A stretch of 64,000 bases of DNA from Octopus sinensis (GCF_006345805.1 NC_042998.1:129580001-129644000), one strand, 5' to 3'; shown: positions 1 to 15,843, counted from the first letter of the stretch. Notes: a model not told the origin generated them from the letters alone. A program made the numbers and translations.

Positions 1-165
1 AGTGACATTTCGCCCATCTTTACGTTCTGAGTTCAAATTCTGCCGAGGTTGACTTTGCCTTTCATCAATTAAATAAGTACCAGTGGTGAACTGGGTGGGT
101 CGATGTAATTGAGGAGCCCCGCTCTGTGAAAATTTCAGACCTTGTGACTATAGTAGAAAGGGTTA
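1..165 (+). mobile_element. SINE family A copy, cut by the window start
   Basis: Shares 'ttacgttctgagttcaaattc..ccgaggt.gactttgcctttcatc' with copies at 22.2, 26.1, 28.0, 45.1 and 47.3 kb. Confidence 0.6.
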
Positions 166-189
166 TAACTATCCATATAACTTCGGCAT

Positions 190-915
190 CATTGACGATC
201 ACCGGCGCCAACACAACGATTAACGATCACTACCATCATCAACACCATCGCCGGTGCCGCCGCCACCGCCGCCACCGCCACCGCCGCCACCGCCATCATC
301 ACCTGTAAAACCGCCACCACCCAAACCCATACTACCGAAACAAAAACCAACACCACCACCGCCACCACCACCACTACCAACGCCATATGTAAAAGCTGCA
401 ATAACATTGACGCTTTGACCAACAAAATCTCTACTAAAATACCTTGAAGTTTAACATACAAATTATTTATTATACGACAGCAGCATCGGCGCCATCACCG
501 TCATGGCAACCATCACCGACAGCACCACCACCACAACAACAACCACAACCACCACCACCACCACCACAATCACCACCACAACCATCACCACCACCACCAC
601 CACCACATCCACCACATCAAAAACCACCACCACTACCACCACAACCACCACCATCACCACCACAACCACCACCACCATATCCACCACAGCCACAACAACC
701 ACAGCAACCACCACCACCACCACCATTACCACCACTTCCACCACCAAACAACCACTAACCACAACCACCACCACCGCAACCACCACCACCACCACTACCA
801 CGACCACCACCACGACCACCACGACCACCACCAAACCACCACCACCAAACCACCACCACCACCAAACCACCACCATCATCATCATCATTATCATCCTCCT
901 CCTCCTCCTCATCAT
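190..915. repeat. Imperfect (CAC/CAA/CAT)n trinucleotide tract
   Basis: Directly visible. It produces the spurious poly-Thr, poly-Val and poly-Pro ORFs. Confidence 0.95.
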
Positions 916-1263
916 CATCATCATCGAACGGCTGCGTGTAGCACCAAGAGAATCAGTAGCAATATATACAAAACAAAACAAAACAAAACATTTTCTTTTT
1001 TCTTTTTTTTCTTTTTCAAGTTGGAAAATGTATGCACGCAAAGAAAATACGGAATATTTCACATTAGCATAAGTTCGTACACTAAGTACGCGAACGCGCG
1101 TGCAACACACACACACACACACACAAAGACAGACACAGACACACATAGAGACACATACAGAGACACAGAGACACACACATACGCATTTAAGCTAACAGAC
1201 ATAAACGTACACACACATGAATATAGACAAGAATACACATATATAAATCATACACACACACAC

Positions 1264-1320
<57 letters not shown>

Positions 1321-1574
1321 AGCACAAGTACGCAGAGTTATAATACTCTGGTGCCCATACTTTCACACTGGACATGTTATAATGTATTGTTCTATTGCTG
1401 TTGCTGCTCTTTTGCGCGTGTGTATGTGTGTATGTATGTCTGTATGTGTGTGTATGAGTGTGTGTGTGTGTAATGCGTGCACTTTTTGACTGCCAACTGA
1501 GACTGATAATACGGCCGCTATAATTTAAGGGTTAATACAATCCACAATCAGAACTGATTTATAGATATTCTTTT

Positions 1575-1940
1575 TTCTCTTGTTTCAGTCATTTGACAGT
1601 TGCCATACTGGAGCACCGCCTTTAGTCGATCACACCGATCTCAGGACTTAGTTTTCGTAAGCCTAGTACTTATTTTATCGGTCTCTTTTGCAGAACCGCT
1701 AACTCACCCTCATCGGTTGTCGAGCGATGTTGAGGGGACAAACATAGACACACAGACATATACACACACATACACATATACATGTATATACATATATACA
1801 ACGGGATTCTTTCAGTTTCCGTCTACCAAATCCACTCACCAGGCTATAGTAAATGACACTTGCCCAAGGTGCCAGGCAATGGGACTGAACCCGGAACCAT
1901 GTGGTTGGTAAGCAAGCTACTTACCACACAGCCACTCCTA
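1575..1940 (-). mobile_element. tRNA-head SINE family B
   Basis: Minus-strand head with B-box-like 'ggttccgggttcagtccc' and body 'ggatttggtagacggaaactgaaagaa', shared with the 2.4, 3.7 and 8.4 kb copies. Confidence 0.7.
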
Positions 1941-2286
1941 CGCCTACATATAACATTAATTGAAGCTAAATTTATGCCTAACAATAACATAGTTGTGTTG
2001 CTGGCTGCGTGTTTGTTAATGAAGCAGCTGTGGAATACAAGAAAGTAAAGTATGAATAAACTCTGTGAACCTTATGCTTTTCTGCTTTTATGTCAAATAC
2101 GTTGCTCTTAAAGATTAGTTTAGCTGATGATGTGTATGTGCGCAGGCGACTCAGATTTGGATTTACTGCAATGCACGAACATGTCGGGGTTTAAGAATCT
2201 ACTACTTATTTAGCTATTCATTCCTGTGATACATATTTTACCGTACATGCATCAACTCCGTATATATATATATATATGTATGTATG

Positions 2287-2318
<32 letters not shown>

Positions 2319-2328
2319 TGTATGTATG

Positions 2329-2418
<90 letters not shown>

Positions 2419-2424
2419 CATACA

Positions 2425-2601
2425 TAGGCGCAAGCGTGTCTGTGTTCTAAGAAGCTTGCTTCCAACCATTCACACCACAAGGCTCCAGGTTCAATCCCAC
2501 TACATTGCAACTCGGACACGTAGTGGGACCTCTAATATAGTCTCAGGCCAACCAAAGCTTTGTCAGTGGATTTGGTGGACGGAATCTGAAAGAAGCCCGC
2601 C

Positions 2602-2696
<95 letters not shown>

Positions 2697-3010
2697 CATA
2701 TATATATACATATATATGTGTGTATATATATATATATGTACATGCACACACACACACATTTATATATATATATATGCCTGTGTGTGTGGGGAGGTATTTT
2801 TGTGTCTGAGTTTCTTCCTCACTACTGCTTGACAACCGGTGCTGGTGTGTCAATGTTTCCGTTACTTAGCAGTTCGGGGCAAGAGACCGATAGAATAAGT
2901 AGGAGGCTTAAAGAATAAAGATAAATACTGGGGTCGACTCATTCGACTAAGAATTATTCATGGCGGTGCCTCAGTATGACCGCGGTCTAATGAATGAAAC
3001 AAGTAAGAGA
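2425..3010 (+). mobile_element. tRNA-head SINE family B with internal TA/TG expansion
   Basis: Head 'aagaagcttgcttccaacc...ggttcaatccc', body 'ggatttggtggacggaatctgaaagaagcc', tail 'tgaaacaagtaagag'. Confidence 0.7.
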
Positions 3011-3082
3011 TAAAAGATATAAGCACACATATACGTATACTATACAATCAACATCAACAACACATTTTTATTATATTTTATA

Positions 3083-3467
3083 CTAGCAGTATCGCCCGGC
3101 GTTGCTCGGGTTTGTAAGGGAAATAACTATATAAGTATTTTTAGAGAGTTATAGCCAAAAAATAGCAAAAATGCATTAAAAATGGAAAATAAATTATGGT
3201 AATTTTTTTTTTAAATCGTTGACTTATCGTAGACATTTTTAGAGAGTTACTTCCCTTATATAATAGCGAAAAAATGCATTAAAATGAAAAAAAATGATGG
3301 TAATTTTTTTTTTAAATCGTAGACGCGCGCTAATACCCAGAAGGGCTCGATATGAATCACGACTATAAGATACCCGGTTTTGGTTAAACTGCACGGCAAA
3401 ATGTGGGAGTAGTTAGGAATCTAAATCGTAGGAGACAGACACACAACTTGACTTTTATATATAAAGA
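3083..3467 (-). mobile_element. Non-autonomous Helitron
   Basis: Minus strand starts A|TC (3467) and ends with GC hairpin 'cccgagcaacgccggg' then CTAG|T (3083). It has an internal ~110-bp tandem duplication. Confidence 0.7.
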
Positions 3468-3714
3468 TATCACTAGACGTGACTAAACGATGATTTTCTT
3501 TTGCTATTAAGTTATGCAAATATCTGCAAGCAAGAAAACAGATCCAGGTGTAGAGAAATATTCTACGAGAAGATGCTAAAATATTGATATATTACTGATG
3601 TTTCAGATTTGGTATGTCTCATTGCAAGCACACAGTATCGCAAGTATCAATCTGTTGTTGCAGAACTAGCAAAATTAAAGAGTTTGAATGTAATTGGATC
3701 ATCTCTTTTACTCT

Positions 3715-3991
3715 TTTACTTGGTTCAGTCATTTGAGTGTGATCATGCTGGAGCACCGCCTCTAGTCGAGCACATCGATCCCAGGACTTATTCTTTGTGA
3801 GCTTTGTATTTATTCTATCGGGTACTTAAACACACCAGCATCGGTTGTCAAACGATGTTGGTGGGACAAGCACAGACACACAAACACATACACACACATA
3901 CATATAAATATATACATATACATATATACAACGGGATTCTTTCAGTTTCCGTCTACCAAATCCACTCACAAGGCTTTGGTTGGCCCGAGCC

Positions 3992-4023
<32 letters not shown>

Positions 4024-4245
4024 TATATATATATAGATATATATGGGGCCCAGTTAGAATCTTTTTCTGGTCGAGTAGCCCACCCCGCTCAAAAGGTCCC
4101 TGAATAAGAATTGTTTAAGGGATGTTCAACGAAATACCCATGTTTCCAGAGGTGAGGTATTGAAGCCTTGCCCAAGGTGCCACGCAGTGGGACTGAACCC
4201 GGAGCCATGTAGTTCGTAAACAAGCTACTTACCACACACCGACTC
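3715..4245 (-). mobile_element. SINE family B, interrupted by (TA)n and an unclassified repeat (~4050-4165, also at ~43280)
   Basis: Tail and body at 3715-3990, head at 4165-4245. Confidence 0.6.
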
Positions 4246-5074
4246 GTAAATTTATGCAATAAAACTTACTTTTTTCGTAACTGTAAAAACTCTGTGGATA
4301 CTTGTGAACTTTCAGGCATAAGTTTGGTGAAGCAAACTATCGCCATGCCGAAATAATTGTATAGCAATGGGGAAAACATGCATTTCACTTCATCAGTATC
4401 CAGCCATAATGTAATTGTGGTTGTGGAGGCAATTATTGAACTCCATTTTGGATTTTGGCATTTTGATGAAACGCGTTTATGTTCTATAAAGCCTTGAATG
4501 AGATACCAGTTTTCTGTTTATTATTCTCTCTATATTTCGCATTGTACTCCGTACTCTATCCTATCCCGAGTTTGATACCTGCATCACACTATAATGAGGA
4601 GCCCCTATATAAGCTGATTGTGTTTGCGTGTTGCATCTTAGTGTGTTTCTCATTATAAATATATATGTGTGTGATATATGTGTGTATGTATGTGCTCACA
4701 CGTGCGTATGTGTACGTACGTCTGTGGTGAGTATGTACGCACATGTGATTTTAAGCAATGCCGTAGTGGATTACCGAATTTGCATATTTGCGCATAGACT
4801 CAGAACAAGAACCGAAACCATTGAGTGACCTACTACATTTAGAAATGTGACCAGTTTCTGAAAGTTACATTCACAGTTCAAATCTCACCAGGACTGACTT
4901 GATCGCTTTTCGCTTCTGGCTTAGTAGAGACTTTAATAACAACAATGAATTCTGTTATGCTTGTTTCGAATCAAAAAGCTTTGCGATTCAAACAATTACT
5001 GCATTCTATATTATGTGTTATAACAAATCGGATCCCAAAAGAATATGGAGAAATAACAAAACTAACTAACTAAC

Positions 5075-5130
<56 letters not shown>

Positions 5131-5324
5131 GAATAGTAATAATGATAATGATAATGATAAAATAATAATAATACTAATAACAAGACGAACAAAAATAATA
5201 ATACATGCATACACATATCTATCTTTATAAATGCAGAAATATATAAAAGTAAAATTATATCCATTAGCTATATATGCAATGTATGCATACGCATGTTTAC
5301 GCACACAAACACACACACACACAC

Positions 5325-5385
<61 letters not shown>

Positions 5386-6242
5386 TATGTTCCCCCTCAT
5401 GCCACAAACAAGTCTCTCATATGTACATGGCAAATACACGCATAACAATTTAGAAATATAAACAGCCACAGCACAAGTGACATAAATATAATGTATAAAT
5501 TTACATTCTCACATCCATACTTGTTCGGTCAGAGAGAGCATGTCAAATGGAAAATTGGGTGAGTTCGTATTCCATTGTTATATTTAAACTATGTAACTGC
5601 AACCTTAATTACTTCCCATTGACTGGTTTTCTCCATTGTCTTTTAAATTTTCTGCCATGTTTTTTTATCGTATTTTATTCTCTTGTACAGAAAATGTCAT
5701 TATTCGAGATTTGAGAGGGGGTCCCGAATATATATATATATATATGCATATACATACATTCATACACACACAAACATGCGCGCACAGACGCCCCCTTACT
5801 CACTCACTCAGTTTCACTCTCCCCCTCTCTCACACTACTATATAAATATATATACCTATCTATATCTGTATATCTACCTATGTATCTGGCATAAAGAATA
5901 ATGAGACAAATAAATACTTCTTACATAATACATATACTCATAGCCATACATTCAGACATTCATGCATAAATGCGTACAATAAACTATATTTATATATCAT
6001 GTGTATGTGTGTGTGTGTGTGTGTGTGCATATGAGTGTTTGCGTGTGTCGTGCAGACGTGTATATGTATGCGTGTGTCTGTGTATGTATATACTGAGAAA
6101 GCATGTGAATTTATGTACATCTTCGATGGTATTGTCATGCATAGGTTGCCATTGTCTCTGTGACGGATTCATAATGTGTATTTTCTGAGCAACCGTAATC
6201 TTCGTACATACATGCTCATACATACATACATACATACATACA

Positions 6243-6278
<36 letters not shown>

Positions 6279-6674
6279 TATATATATCATATAATTATGT
6301 AACATATATATATATCATAATATATATATGTATGTATATATATACATACATATATATATATATATACATATTTATATATACATATATATACACATATATA
6401 TATACATACACACATGCGTGCTTGTATGTATGTGTGAGTGTGTTTGTGTGTGTGCACGTGCGTGCCTGTGTGTGTGTATACATACAGTTATAGATTAATA
6501 TTTTTCAGGCGCATAAACAATTACTATTTTGACTCGCACTTATAACATACCAAAATATATTTCTACTTCCAATATGAAGTAAGCATTTTCTTTTCTAGTG
6601 ACAGGAGGCTCCTCTAGATAACTTTTTTAGAGTACATCCATGGAAATGACAATATCAGTAATATAACCTAGATG

Positions 6675-6718
<44 letters not shown>

Positions 6719-8364
6719 TGTTTGAGTGTGTGTGTGTGGATGTAAGTATATAATAGGTGCTCACTATAATCTACTCTTGAACTCCCATTCCTCCAGTAAA
6801 TCCGAATACAACATGAAATACTGACATCTCATTAAATCTAACTCATACATTTGCAGATGCACATCCGTATCATAAATTCATATACTGGATTTCAAAAGGC
6901 AATAATAAAATATATGGCATCGGATTTATATGTGTGTGTGCGTTTGTGTTAGTGAGTTTTTGTTTTATGAGAGTGAGTGTATACATTCATGCATGTGCAC
7001 AGTGTTATATTCGGTGCAGTAAAACGTCGTCTCATCACTGTCTTCCTCTAATGTATCTACACCCATATACTCCGAAAATTTTTGCAGTAGTTCCATTCCT
7101 GTTTACCTCACCTTATTATCACCTGTGCAGTATCACACTTCCCATGCACATACTAGTATTATATACTTTACTAAAACTTTAATCCATCTAGCAATATCTG
7201 CGTGTAATCCTAGTGGAACTTTATAATAGGTGTACGAATTTTATATATAATATCACGATTTCTGAGCCTAGTGTTGGCTGAAGTGTACAGATATATGTGA
7301 TTTGTTTTCTCAATCCATTTAAATAACAGGAGAAACACAGGGAGAACAAAAGTCAAAGATAGGCATATGTTGCATTTGATTTTGTAATCACTGTTTGGAT
7401 TGCTTCTTTTGCCCTCAGAGGCTGGTAGACAGAAGAGAAAAAGCTATCTCTAGAGTTGAGCATGTGTTCTTCTCTTATACTTAGACCTGAGATCTGGGCT
7501 GAATTCTTATATCAGATTAGACTCCACTGACATCACCTAAGAACCAGAGTGCGATGTTAAACTTGCTGAAGAATCAAATCAAACATGCATTCACACACAT
7601 GCAAAAAATAACAATGTGCGCCACACACATGAACGTATGTACACACACACACACAGAAATGCATTCAGCAATCGCATCTCAGCGTTTTCGTGTACCAAAT
7701 TTTACTCTCAAGTGTTTGTGCAAGCGAAAGCTATTGCATAATATACTTGAGTAAGGTGCCATAAAATGTGATTGCATTCAAAAGTTAGATCGTTGCGATA
7801 TGTTTAGAAGACGTCTATCTAGTATTTTTTTAATTAACTTTCAATACTTTTCTGGTGATAATAAATGCATATACTTATAAGATGGCGTGCTTCCATAATC
7901 ATTACATACTCCTGACAAAATGCTTAACAACATTTCGTCCCACTTTACTTTCTCAATACAAATTCCAGGGAGTAATTTATGCTTTCGGGGTCGATAAGAG
8001 ATGTATGAGTTGACCCCTGAGGTCGATGTAATCAGCTTTCTAACACATCAAATTTACTGGCTGCATGCCAAAATAAGAAAGGATATTAAATGCATATATT
8101 ATTACACACACTCATATACATGCATGCAAACACACTCTCATGCATACATGCATACACTCACACACAGACGCACACCAGCGGATAATGTTGCTTACATACA
8201 TGAGGGTGCACACTTACATAAATGAGAAATATATGTCCAAACAAACAGATAAGCGGATGTGTATATACTATTACAAAAGTGAAAGAACTTGTATTCAAGA
8301 ATTATATACAAGTAACTAAATCAAACGAAGTACGAATACACACAGGCTGATATGTGAGCAAAAG

Positions 8365-8833
<469 letters not shown>

Positions 8834-9796
8834 GTATATACAAGATGAGTCACTTATGCCTGGATACAACTCACTCAACAAGAACTCTGTATTGAATGAA
8901 CCATTATACCACAAAACTTGATTTACATAACCCTGTCAGGTGGTACTATTAAGTTAGACATGGCCTGGACCAATCTTTGGTCGAAACTTATCTCAGTTTA
9001 TATATATATATATCTTAAAGGTAGTATGAGAGATGAGCGAAGTGTTGCTTGCCTGCACAAAGGAAAGTCTACTTTCGATAAATATAAATAACATTAGGAA
9101 CACTTATACTACCCCATAATAGTACCAATAACCCCAAAGCATACAAATAGTAACCCCTGATAGTAAAATGTAGGTTATACATCTTACTCCTTAACTCTTA
9201 CTCTTGTTAGGAATTACCGAGGCTCTTGTAGGTATTCAAATAAACAACCCCTCCTCTTACCCTATTTCTAAGTTTAGATGTTACCCCCCCACTCTTATCA
9301 ACTGCCTACGTATATTAATTTGTCTTTTTCCCGTATTATTATCACCTATTCCCTTGTATTAATGACTTTTATTTCTATCATAACATATTCGAGAACACAA
9401 AGGCCTTAGGTTTTCTACCATGTAGTATTTTACCCCTAATAACTTCTTCAAATCCTAAATTTGTTTAAATTTCAATTTTAGCTTTTTCTATCTTATTTGC
9501 TTTCTTTACCCTCTAGCACCTTTTATACCATGGATGTATGTGTCGGCACTTGATGAAATTGGGACTTAATTCGCAACTAACTTATTGTTCTTCTTTCCAC
9601 TCACTGTCCTTCCCCCACTTTAAATGAACATTATCAGCCCATCATACTCAGGAATATTTTTACGCCCATGTTGAATTTATTCATGTTATTTTATTTTATT
9701 TTAATATATATTATTTTTTTCTTTGTACTCTATGTTCACCTTCTCCCATCATACATTGCATGCGTCTGCTTGTATTTGGTACAATGTTAGTTCGTG

Positions 9797-10090
9797 GAGG
9801 CATATGGCCTAGTGGTTAGAGCAGCGGACTCGCGGTCGATAGATCGCGGGTTCGAATCTCAGACCGGGCGATGTGTGTGTTTATGAGCGAAACACCGAAG
9901 CTCCACGTGGCACCGGCAGGAGGTAGTGGCGAACTTCTGCTGTCTCTTTCGCCACAACTTTCTCTCGCTCTTTCCTCCTGCATCTTGCAGCTCACCTGCG
10001 ACAGACCGGCGTCCCGTCCAGGTGGGGAACCTATACGCCAAGAAACCGGGGAACCGGCCCTAATGAGCCAGGCATGGCTTGAGAAGGAAC
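9797..10090 (+). mobile_element. tRNA-derived SINE family C
   Basis: A box 'tggcctagtgg' and B box 'ggttcgaatctc', followed by ~220 bp of non-tRNA body. Confidence 0.7.
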
Positions 10091-11630
10091 TCAATGTTAG
10101 TTGGGTATACCATCAGATATTTATAAAAATTTGATCTACTATGCAGAAATGTAAGAGCAGCCCGTTGATTGAAATTGTATGTCTGCACCCACTTAGAGTT
10201 AATATATTATTAGATTATAATTTTTAAATTATTAGATTTATTGATAGGAATAATCTAATTTTATGATAATGTAATATAGGAACAACTTGTTGATTGTAAT
10301 ATTATTTTCTGCACCCACTTTGAGTTAATATACCTTTAGTTTATAATCTTTAATTATTAGATTTAGGGTAAGTGTTATTGCTTTTAAAGTTTATTGAGCA
10401 AATTGTTTGAATTAAGGTAACTTTACTCATAGTACTATTTTGCCAGTTGCCAGTTAACTGTACCCAAATAGTACCAATATGTTCTATTAAATTGTTGATA
10501 TAATGATAGAAGCTATCTAACTTTAATCATTATGCTATGCTTATTAAGAATGTTTAGTATACTGTGGCAACTTGTGAGTTTTATTAATTGATAATAATTA
10601 ACATGTGATTTGATCTTAAATATTAACCGCCTAATTGTAAGTGGTTTTTTATTTGTGTATTGTTGTGTATCAATAAGACGAATTTTTCTTGCGTATCTGT
10701 ATATGTCTAATCATTACAACAATTTGTTATATATGAAGTTAAGTTAAAATTCATTTCCTAGTAGCCTTAAGGAGTCGCTGAATTACCTGTACTATTTGCT
10801 TCTCCTTAACTATGACCCAAACCTACTTACTCTTTGATCGCTCTCATGCATTTTATAACGATAAGCTACTGAAGGAGAGTAAGCCTCGTACCACTTGTAT
10901 CATCGTCTTCTGCCCCGGACCCTTTATTTTTTCTTATTTATTTTTATTGACATATCCATTGTAACGGTTTTAACTTGTGACCTCGGTTCAAATTATATTG
11001 TAGAGACCGCTGGACTTCGAGTTGCCCCGTTGTGGACCACAGGTGGGATTCTCAGTAATATTTCTGTGAGAACACTTTCTTAAACGTCCTACGGTAATGT
11101 TTTAGATACATTTTACTTGAGTTTATTTCGTTAGCATAGTTACTTCCCTTTGGTAAAAATCTTAGTAACTTTCCCTGTATTATTTTTTTGATAACTTCTT
11201 TTCATAAATTTTAAAACATCTTGCCCCCACCCCTTAAATTGAAACTACCCGTAAATTAAATTTACTATTCCCTAGACCATTACTAGTTCACCCTTTTACC
11301 TACGGGCCTCGTAGCCCCAAGATGATAGATTACATGTTTTTAATATATGGGGTTTCTTGACTTCTTTTCTAGGCCGTGTTTTCTTTCCTATTCCTTCTTC
11401 CCTTTGTTTATATTGGACGCTCTTGTTTTTGCTCTGATGAAGCTCCGTGCCATTATTCGAATGTCCTATGAAAATGAAGAATTTTATTTTAGCAATTATT
11501 TATAGACAGCGCTTGGAAACGGATGCGGAGACGGTCGTAAGATTTGTTACGACACCTATTTGCTATGTCATGCTTTGTATTAAAAGATAAGCTATAAATG
11601 TGGACAATCGATGTGTTTGTTTCTCCATTT

Positions 11631-11690
<60 letters not shown>

Positions 11691-11765
11691 CTATATATAT
11701 ATATATGTATATATATATGTATATGTATATGTATATGTATATATATGTATGTATGTATATGTATG

Positions 11766-11820
<55 letters not shown>

Positions 11821-12434
11821 ATATATATATATATATATACCATATATATATATGTCATGCATACACACACTTACACACCCACTCATTCACACACCCATTC
11901 ACACAACACACATGCACACGCACGCACACGCACGTACACATACACATGCCCGTGCACGCACATATATTCAAAAACATCTATCGCATACATAATACTAAAT
12001 AAATATTTTCACAGAGAATAAAAAAGACAAAACAAAAGCAAATGAAAAAAAAAAACAAACATTAATAATAAACGGAAAATGCAGTTGTATTGTGAAATTG
12101 AAAGTTAATAAAAACATTACTGAAACATTGTTATGAGATGAAACAAGAAGAGTGATAGAAACAAATTCGAGAAATATGTCATCTAAAGAATACACAAATG
12201 ACAACGGAAATACAACGACAATAATGAATGTTTATGCCGCGAATGGTTTTAGCTAGTTCTATTGTTTTACTGACTGACATATGCAAATTTTTGGAATGCT
12301 TTGAAAGGACGTTTACTTTATAAATGAATGAAAGTACACATGTGGAGACACACAGAGATATTGCATGGAGGCACATATAAACATACAGACGCTTACGTAC
12401 GCCATAAACACCCCACAACTACACACATATATGC

Positions 12435-12490
<56 letters not shown>

Positions 12491-12655
12491 GAATGCGTCG
12501 CTGTGTGATGATTTCAAATATATATGCATACATATATATATGTATATAAATGTATGCACGCGCCTCCACACATAACGTGCATACACTCGTGCACAACCGG
12601 CGTGCTTATCCACACACGTCTGATATATATATATTATATATATATATATAATATC

Positions 12656-12687
<32 letters not shown>

Positions 12688-12807
12688 GTATATACATATG
12701 TATATATATACATATATATATATCTATACATATACATATATATACATATATATATATATATACATACATATATATACATATATATATATCTATATATATA
12801 TATATAT

Positions 12808-12857
<50 letters not shown>

Positions 12858-13139
12858 AATATATCATAGCTGCGTGATGAATTTATATCTGCAGGCAGTG
12901 TTAAAGAAAAAAGTATGTGATGCAAAATTTGCTGACGCAGAAATGCATACATACACGAAAAACAGAAAAAGTAAAAGTTAAGCAAAATGTTTTTGCTCGC
13001 AGTAAATATCTTTTCACACAAGACACATTCTCATGCGTCACTACCACCAACACTCCCACACATAAAACAGTACAGATCTCACTAAGATGATATTCCTTGT
13101 TACTTCATCTCTCCTCATTAACCACTCAGGTGTGTTTGT

Positions 13140-13370
13140 ATACATACATGCATACATACATACATATATACATACATACATACATATATACATACATACA
13201 TACATACATACATACACACATACATACATACATACACACATACATACATACATACATACATACATACATACATACATACATACATACATACACATACATA
13301 CATACACACATACATACATACATACATACATACACACATACGTACATACATACATACATACATACATACA
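13140..13370. repeat. (TACA)n microsatellite
   Basis: Directly visible. Confidence 0.95.
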
Positions 13371-14286
13371 TGCACACTCACACATATATATGTATTTATA
13401 CACACCCATACACACATATTTACATATCTATGTGTGTGTGAATTTGTATACGCAATAAGATTGTACACGTGTGTGTACATGTACAAAAACACTCATGTAA
13501 GTGCGTGTATCTTTCAGAGGCAAATAACATAACGGTAAATTATTGAAATCTTTCTTAACCCATACAATAAAACATGTTACGGATAAAATAATGCATTTCC
13601 ATATGATTTTTTAAAACGATATTTGACACTAGCGATGATAAAAGGGCAACAACTATGATGACTATATTACTGATCAAAACAATATCGATATTGCTAAGCA
13701 TAAATGTATGTTTGTTTGAGTTTTTGTTTAAACCCAAGCGTGGTTTATGATCAAAAATTTACCAACCTTCATCATAACATTTTTACAGTAATCTAGAACT
13801 ATTTGATGTAACCTGTACTTCGCAAGTTTAAGACAGTTGGAATGCCATTAAAAGGGATTTCACTGCTATTCATATCGAGGGGCCAACAAGGTAGAAAAAT
13901 TTCCCTCTTTGTTTCCGGTACAGTTTATGATTGCGATAGTCGTTTATTTTCATTGCGTTGTTGTTGTTGATATTGCACTGTAGGTAATGAAAAGGCCGTT
14001 GAGACTACTGTTATTGTTTTCGGTGCTAGGTTCTGTTGTTTTCGCAATACAGTTTTGCACAGTTTCGGTCAACCTCACCGATGGTACAAATGAAATTAGT
14101 CGAATCAATTGCAGTAGTACAGAGAGCAATTTGTCCCGGTTTAAAGTATTCGGCACCTCTGGAAACGGCACTCTAATTTTCGGTATTTTTTGGATTTGCT
14201 GTCTGGCCACTCAAGATCAATAATTACAATTCGTTTGCGCAATCTTGGAGCTAATGAGATTAGTGAGATTGTTGTTATCTATCAGT

Positions 14287-14370
<84 letters not shown>

Positions 14371-14372
14371 TG

Positions 14373-14433
<61 letters not shown>

Positions 14434-14494
14434 CCTATCTATCTATCTATCTACATATAAATTGGCTCTCCGTCGATTATGACGACAGGTGTTC

Positions 14495-14710
14495 TTGTTG
14501 ATATCACCGTGGAAATGGCACACGTACTCTTAATGTAGTTCGCAGGAAGAATCAGCGTGGCACAGACTGTGACAAGGCTAGCCCTTTCAATTACATGTAC
14601 AATTAATTTTCTCCGGCTGAGTGTCTTGCTCAAGAACAATCTACACCAGTAGGGATCGAACTCAAGAGTGTATGAGCGTGATACCTTCAAAGCTAAGCCA
14701 CGCACCTTCT
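14495..14710 (-). mobile_element. Decayed tRNA-head SINE (family D)
   Basis: Minus-strand 'gcgtggcttag...gagttcgatccc...ttgagcaagacact' A/B-box-like head plus body. Confidence 0.5.
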
Positions 14711-15843
14711 CTATCTCTTTCTCTCTCCCTCTCTCTCACACACACACATACATACATACACATATACATACACAGACACAAACATGCTCGCATCTATAGA
14801 TAAACACACATATATGTATATATACACATAAACATATTTGTTTCTTGTGTTTATCTGAAATGTTCAAATATTGTCTTTTCATATTTTTTATTCAACTTGT
14901 ATGAAATATTCTATTTTCTGCTGACGCTTTGCAAAATATAATCAAAGAAGAGATCAAAGGTTATTGAGTTGATTGGAAGACAAATTGGAAACTTGTTAAT
15001 CATATCTTCCTTTAAAGAAATGTACGATCCCCAGTTTCCTCTCAACGTAAATTCGTTTGAACATTTAAAGATATTTATTCAGAAATTGAAATGCAAAGTA
15101 GTGTGGACGTTAGAAGGCAGTAGAAAAATCTTTGGAGGCATTTGTTCATAGTCTAAGCGCCTTCAATTAAGATTGAAATTCAGGAAAAGAAATAAATAGG
15201 TAGCAATCTGAATATTGTTGCTGCCTTAGATACACAGCGCATATATAAACACATTTATAAACTTAAGTAAAAGCCAAGGTATATGAATAAGTACTTATCA
15301 TTCACCCATAATGGAGAGATTTCATATCCCAAGCCTACCGTATTCGCAATCCAGGAACAGGTCTCATAAAATCATCTGCTTCGTATCCCCTCTTTCTGCA
15401 TTAAGGTTAATACAGGTATGCAATTATTGGCGCATTCAGCCTTCACTTTAGAAGTGCATTCAAACAGAAAGAGCATTAAATTAGTTATAGCTGCAACTCC
15501 AATAGGAAGAGCTGCATCCGGACTAAAAGGGTAAATCAAATTCTTGTATGATATTTATGTAGGTAGGCATTGCCATTAAGCCAGGCATGCAACGTTGATA
15601 CAATAATGTATGAAACTGAAGTGATCAGATCCAAACAACATCCGCTAGACAAGTGAAAATATTGTATACATTCACTCGGGTTTTCAATGAAAATCGGTTC
15701 AAAAATGCGATTTTAACCATACGGAACTCTTCAAAAAAGCTGATAAATGAATTATGGTTATTAATAAACGCATTGGAAGGGAGTTATAGGCATTGTACTA
15801 AATATATATAATGTATATACACATGTGTATAAATGACTCTCTC

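Noticed and set aside
126-1473. Long poly-Thr, poly-Val, poly-Pro and His-Thr ORFs, and all similar IY, CV and YL ORFs in the window
   Set aside because: They are translations of stop-free microsatellites with no domain content.
4383-4396. Minus-strand CTGATGAAGTGAAA
   Set aside because: There is no room for stem II, so it is probably a chance match.
8965-8990. GACCAA/TTGGTC hairpin followed by GAAAC
   Set aside because: The CUGANGA core is incomplete and there is no stem III or stem I.
9797-9870. tRNA gene
   Set aside because: A and B boxes are present, but I found no convincing acceptor stem or T-run terminator. It continues into a SINE body.
11434-11545. Canonical CTGATGA...GAAAC...GTA hammerhead
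   Set aside because: Stem II needs extra unpaired bases before GAAA and stem I has only 2 bp. It is kept only as a hint within the 9-11.6 kb block.
13950-14223. Signal-peptide-like 78-aa ORF (+) and overlapping 86-aa ORF (-)
   Set aside because: No recognisable domain or supported splice structure. ORFs this size arise by chance.
15370-15525. Possible minus-strand exon after 'ttacccttttag'
   Set aside because: The acceptor is plausible, but the donor is weak and the peptide is unrecognised.
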